In this document: one piece after another, positions 62,526 to 64,000 of the stretch
How positions within the stretch are numbered: position 1 is the stretch's first letter
Layout: each line of letters starts with the position of its first letter
Assembly: GCA_002269645.1 (NCBI GenBank)
Contig: NIVC01002324.1
Location: 108,816 to 172,815, forward strand
Origin: Macrostomum lignano
Taxonomy: Eukaryota
DNA length: 64,000 nucleotides
Reading direction: 5' to 3'
Made by a program: the position numbers and the translations under genes
The notes under the pieces: generated by a model
The model's database searches: none
The model's input: the letters and a program-made list of their open reading frames with translations, nothing else
What the model was told of the DNA's origin: nothing

Positions 62526-63879
62526 ATCAGTGCTGCAACTGCACCCCCAATTTAAGGCAGATGAGCATCCATGGGTTTTATCCATCCATGATATAATCAT
62601 GCTGTGTGATTCCTCGCAAAGTTTTATATATGACTTTGCTTGCCCAGTCTATATTATGGGTAGGCTGCCTGAGTTGAAACGCGATTGAAACGCTCTACAT
62701 TTGTCCGCCGTCACTGTCTATGGTCAAAGCAAATCTGCTCACGACTGATTTAAGCATGGGTAAAATTGGATAACTTTTCGTCTCAGTATATTTCACTGAG
62801 AGAGCAAACACAACATGAATGAAACACGAAATAAACGAAAGAATTCAGTAAATAACGTGGTTAACGTGGTTGCGTAGTTCATCAATAGTTACCTCAAATA
62901 CATGGTCGTAGTTTGAAACTGCAATCCACGACACATCTGTCTAGCGTGGTGTAATGTTGAATGCGCTTCGATTGGACAATTCTGCGTCAATCAACTGCTG
63001 CTGTCTTACGCTCAGACCAGTCCACTAACTAACTTCTTCACCAGGATCACGATGTCCAAGTTGCTGCAGAAACACAATCTCATTCATTTCTAAACCGCTA
63101 ATATCTTCCTCTAGTATTGATTCCCAGTGAAACATGGCTAGTTCCGAACCTTTAAAGCTGTTTAAATCTTATTTTTCTCTCCCACCCACCAGGAGAAGAA
63201 TGCTTCAAATTCTATTTGGGTTTCAACCATAGACAGTCTCCGCGGACTGCGAAACCGCCACTAAGCATATAGCTAAAGCTTTTTCAACCATAGACAGTTT
63301 CTGTGGACGTGAAACCGCGTTGTGCGTCCGCGCTTCAGCCTATACCCATAACACTATGGCGCTACACACCTCGGCGTTTCAGTTCATTTCAGTCCTCAAC
63401 AGCCAGTCTATATTATTATATTGTGACAACGAAACCAGCTCAATTTGACCTCCTTTACCGCTACCCTTGCTTTTCTCTGACGTAAAATGATTTTGCCTCA
63501 TTGTAAAACGCCTTAGCGATGCACCAGCGATACCACAAATATCCGTTCCTTACCTGCCGACAGCTCATTTCTAAGAAAACCGATTGTAGTGTCTTCCTAC
63601 TTAGGCTGTCCATGACTGTTTTAACCTCAGGCTAGGCTCAATTGCATACTGGACAATAAAATTTCATTAATTTTACGCTTCACTCAAAGTCGCAAGCTCG
63701 TAGTCTCGTGCATCAAGTGGGTTTCACAAACGTGAAATTTCACTACCGCTAAAAGCAATTGCTTTCATAGCTTTCATAACCTTCATAACTTCACAACCGC
63801 TAATATTTTCGCACTTAATTTCATATACTGCAGTCTTTTTAGCGGTTGTGAAATTTTGCGTTTGTGAAAGCAACCCCGT

Positions 63880-64000
63880 GCATCCAGCTATATCCAGCTA
63901 ATCCAGCTAATCCAGCTAATCAAGCTAATCCAGCTAATCCAGCTAATCCAGCTAATTCAGCTAATCCAGCTAATCCAGCTAATCCAGCTAATCCAGCTAA
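63880..64000. repeat. 9-bp tandem repeat (ATCCAGCTA), cut by the window edge
   Basis: Direct reading. Confidence 0.9.

Overview
Eukaryotic genomic DNA with GT-AG introns, most likely from a flatworm such as Macrostomum. That assignment is an inference from the Schistosoma-like GPx active site, Ala/Gln-rich proteins and minisatellite-filled introns. Five host genes can be supported. (1) SIN3 (minus strand, runs off the left edge, at least six single-base frameshifts). (2) A teashirt/tiptop zinc-finger gene (minus). (3) An LZTS/Fez1-family coiled-coil gene (plus, 4 exons). (4) A selenocysteine GPx4-like peroxidase (plus, 4 exons) with in-frame UGA, a type-2 SECIS and a C-terminal KDEL. (5) An orphan single-pass membrane protein with PPxY motifs (minus). 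Mobile DNA: a full-length, intact RTE-clade LINE with a 10-bp TSD and an HDV-like ribozyme signature at its 5' end; a 2.2-kb solo-LTR-like element just upstream of the SIN3 start codon; two tRNA-derived SINEs; and many non-autonomous DNA transposons defined by TIRs and TSDs. These include a three-level nest at 11-14.7 kb and a 36-bp micro-element amplified inside a minisatellite. About 25 distinct tandem-repeat arrays and a 2.21-kb tandem duplication fill the introns and intergenic space. The most notable candidates are the possibly ER-retained seleno-GPx, the ribozyme-headed RTE, the LTR promoter at SIN3 and the micro-MITE. All coordinates were read by eye; repeat boundaries are approximate.
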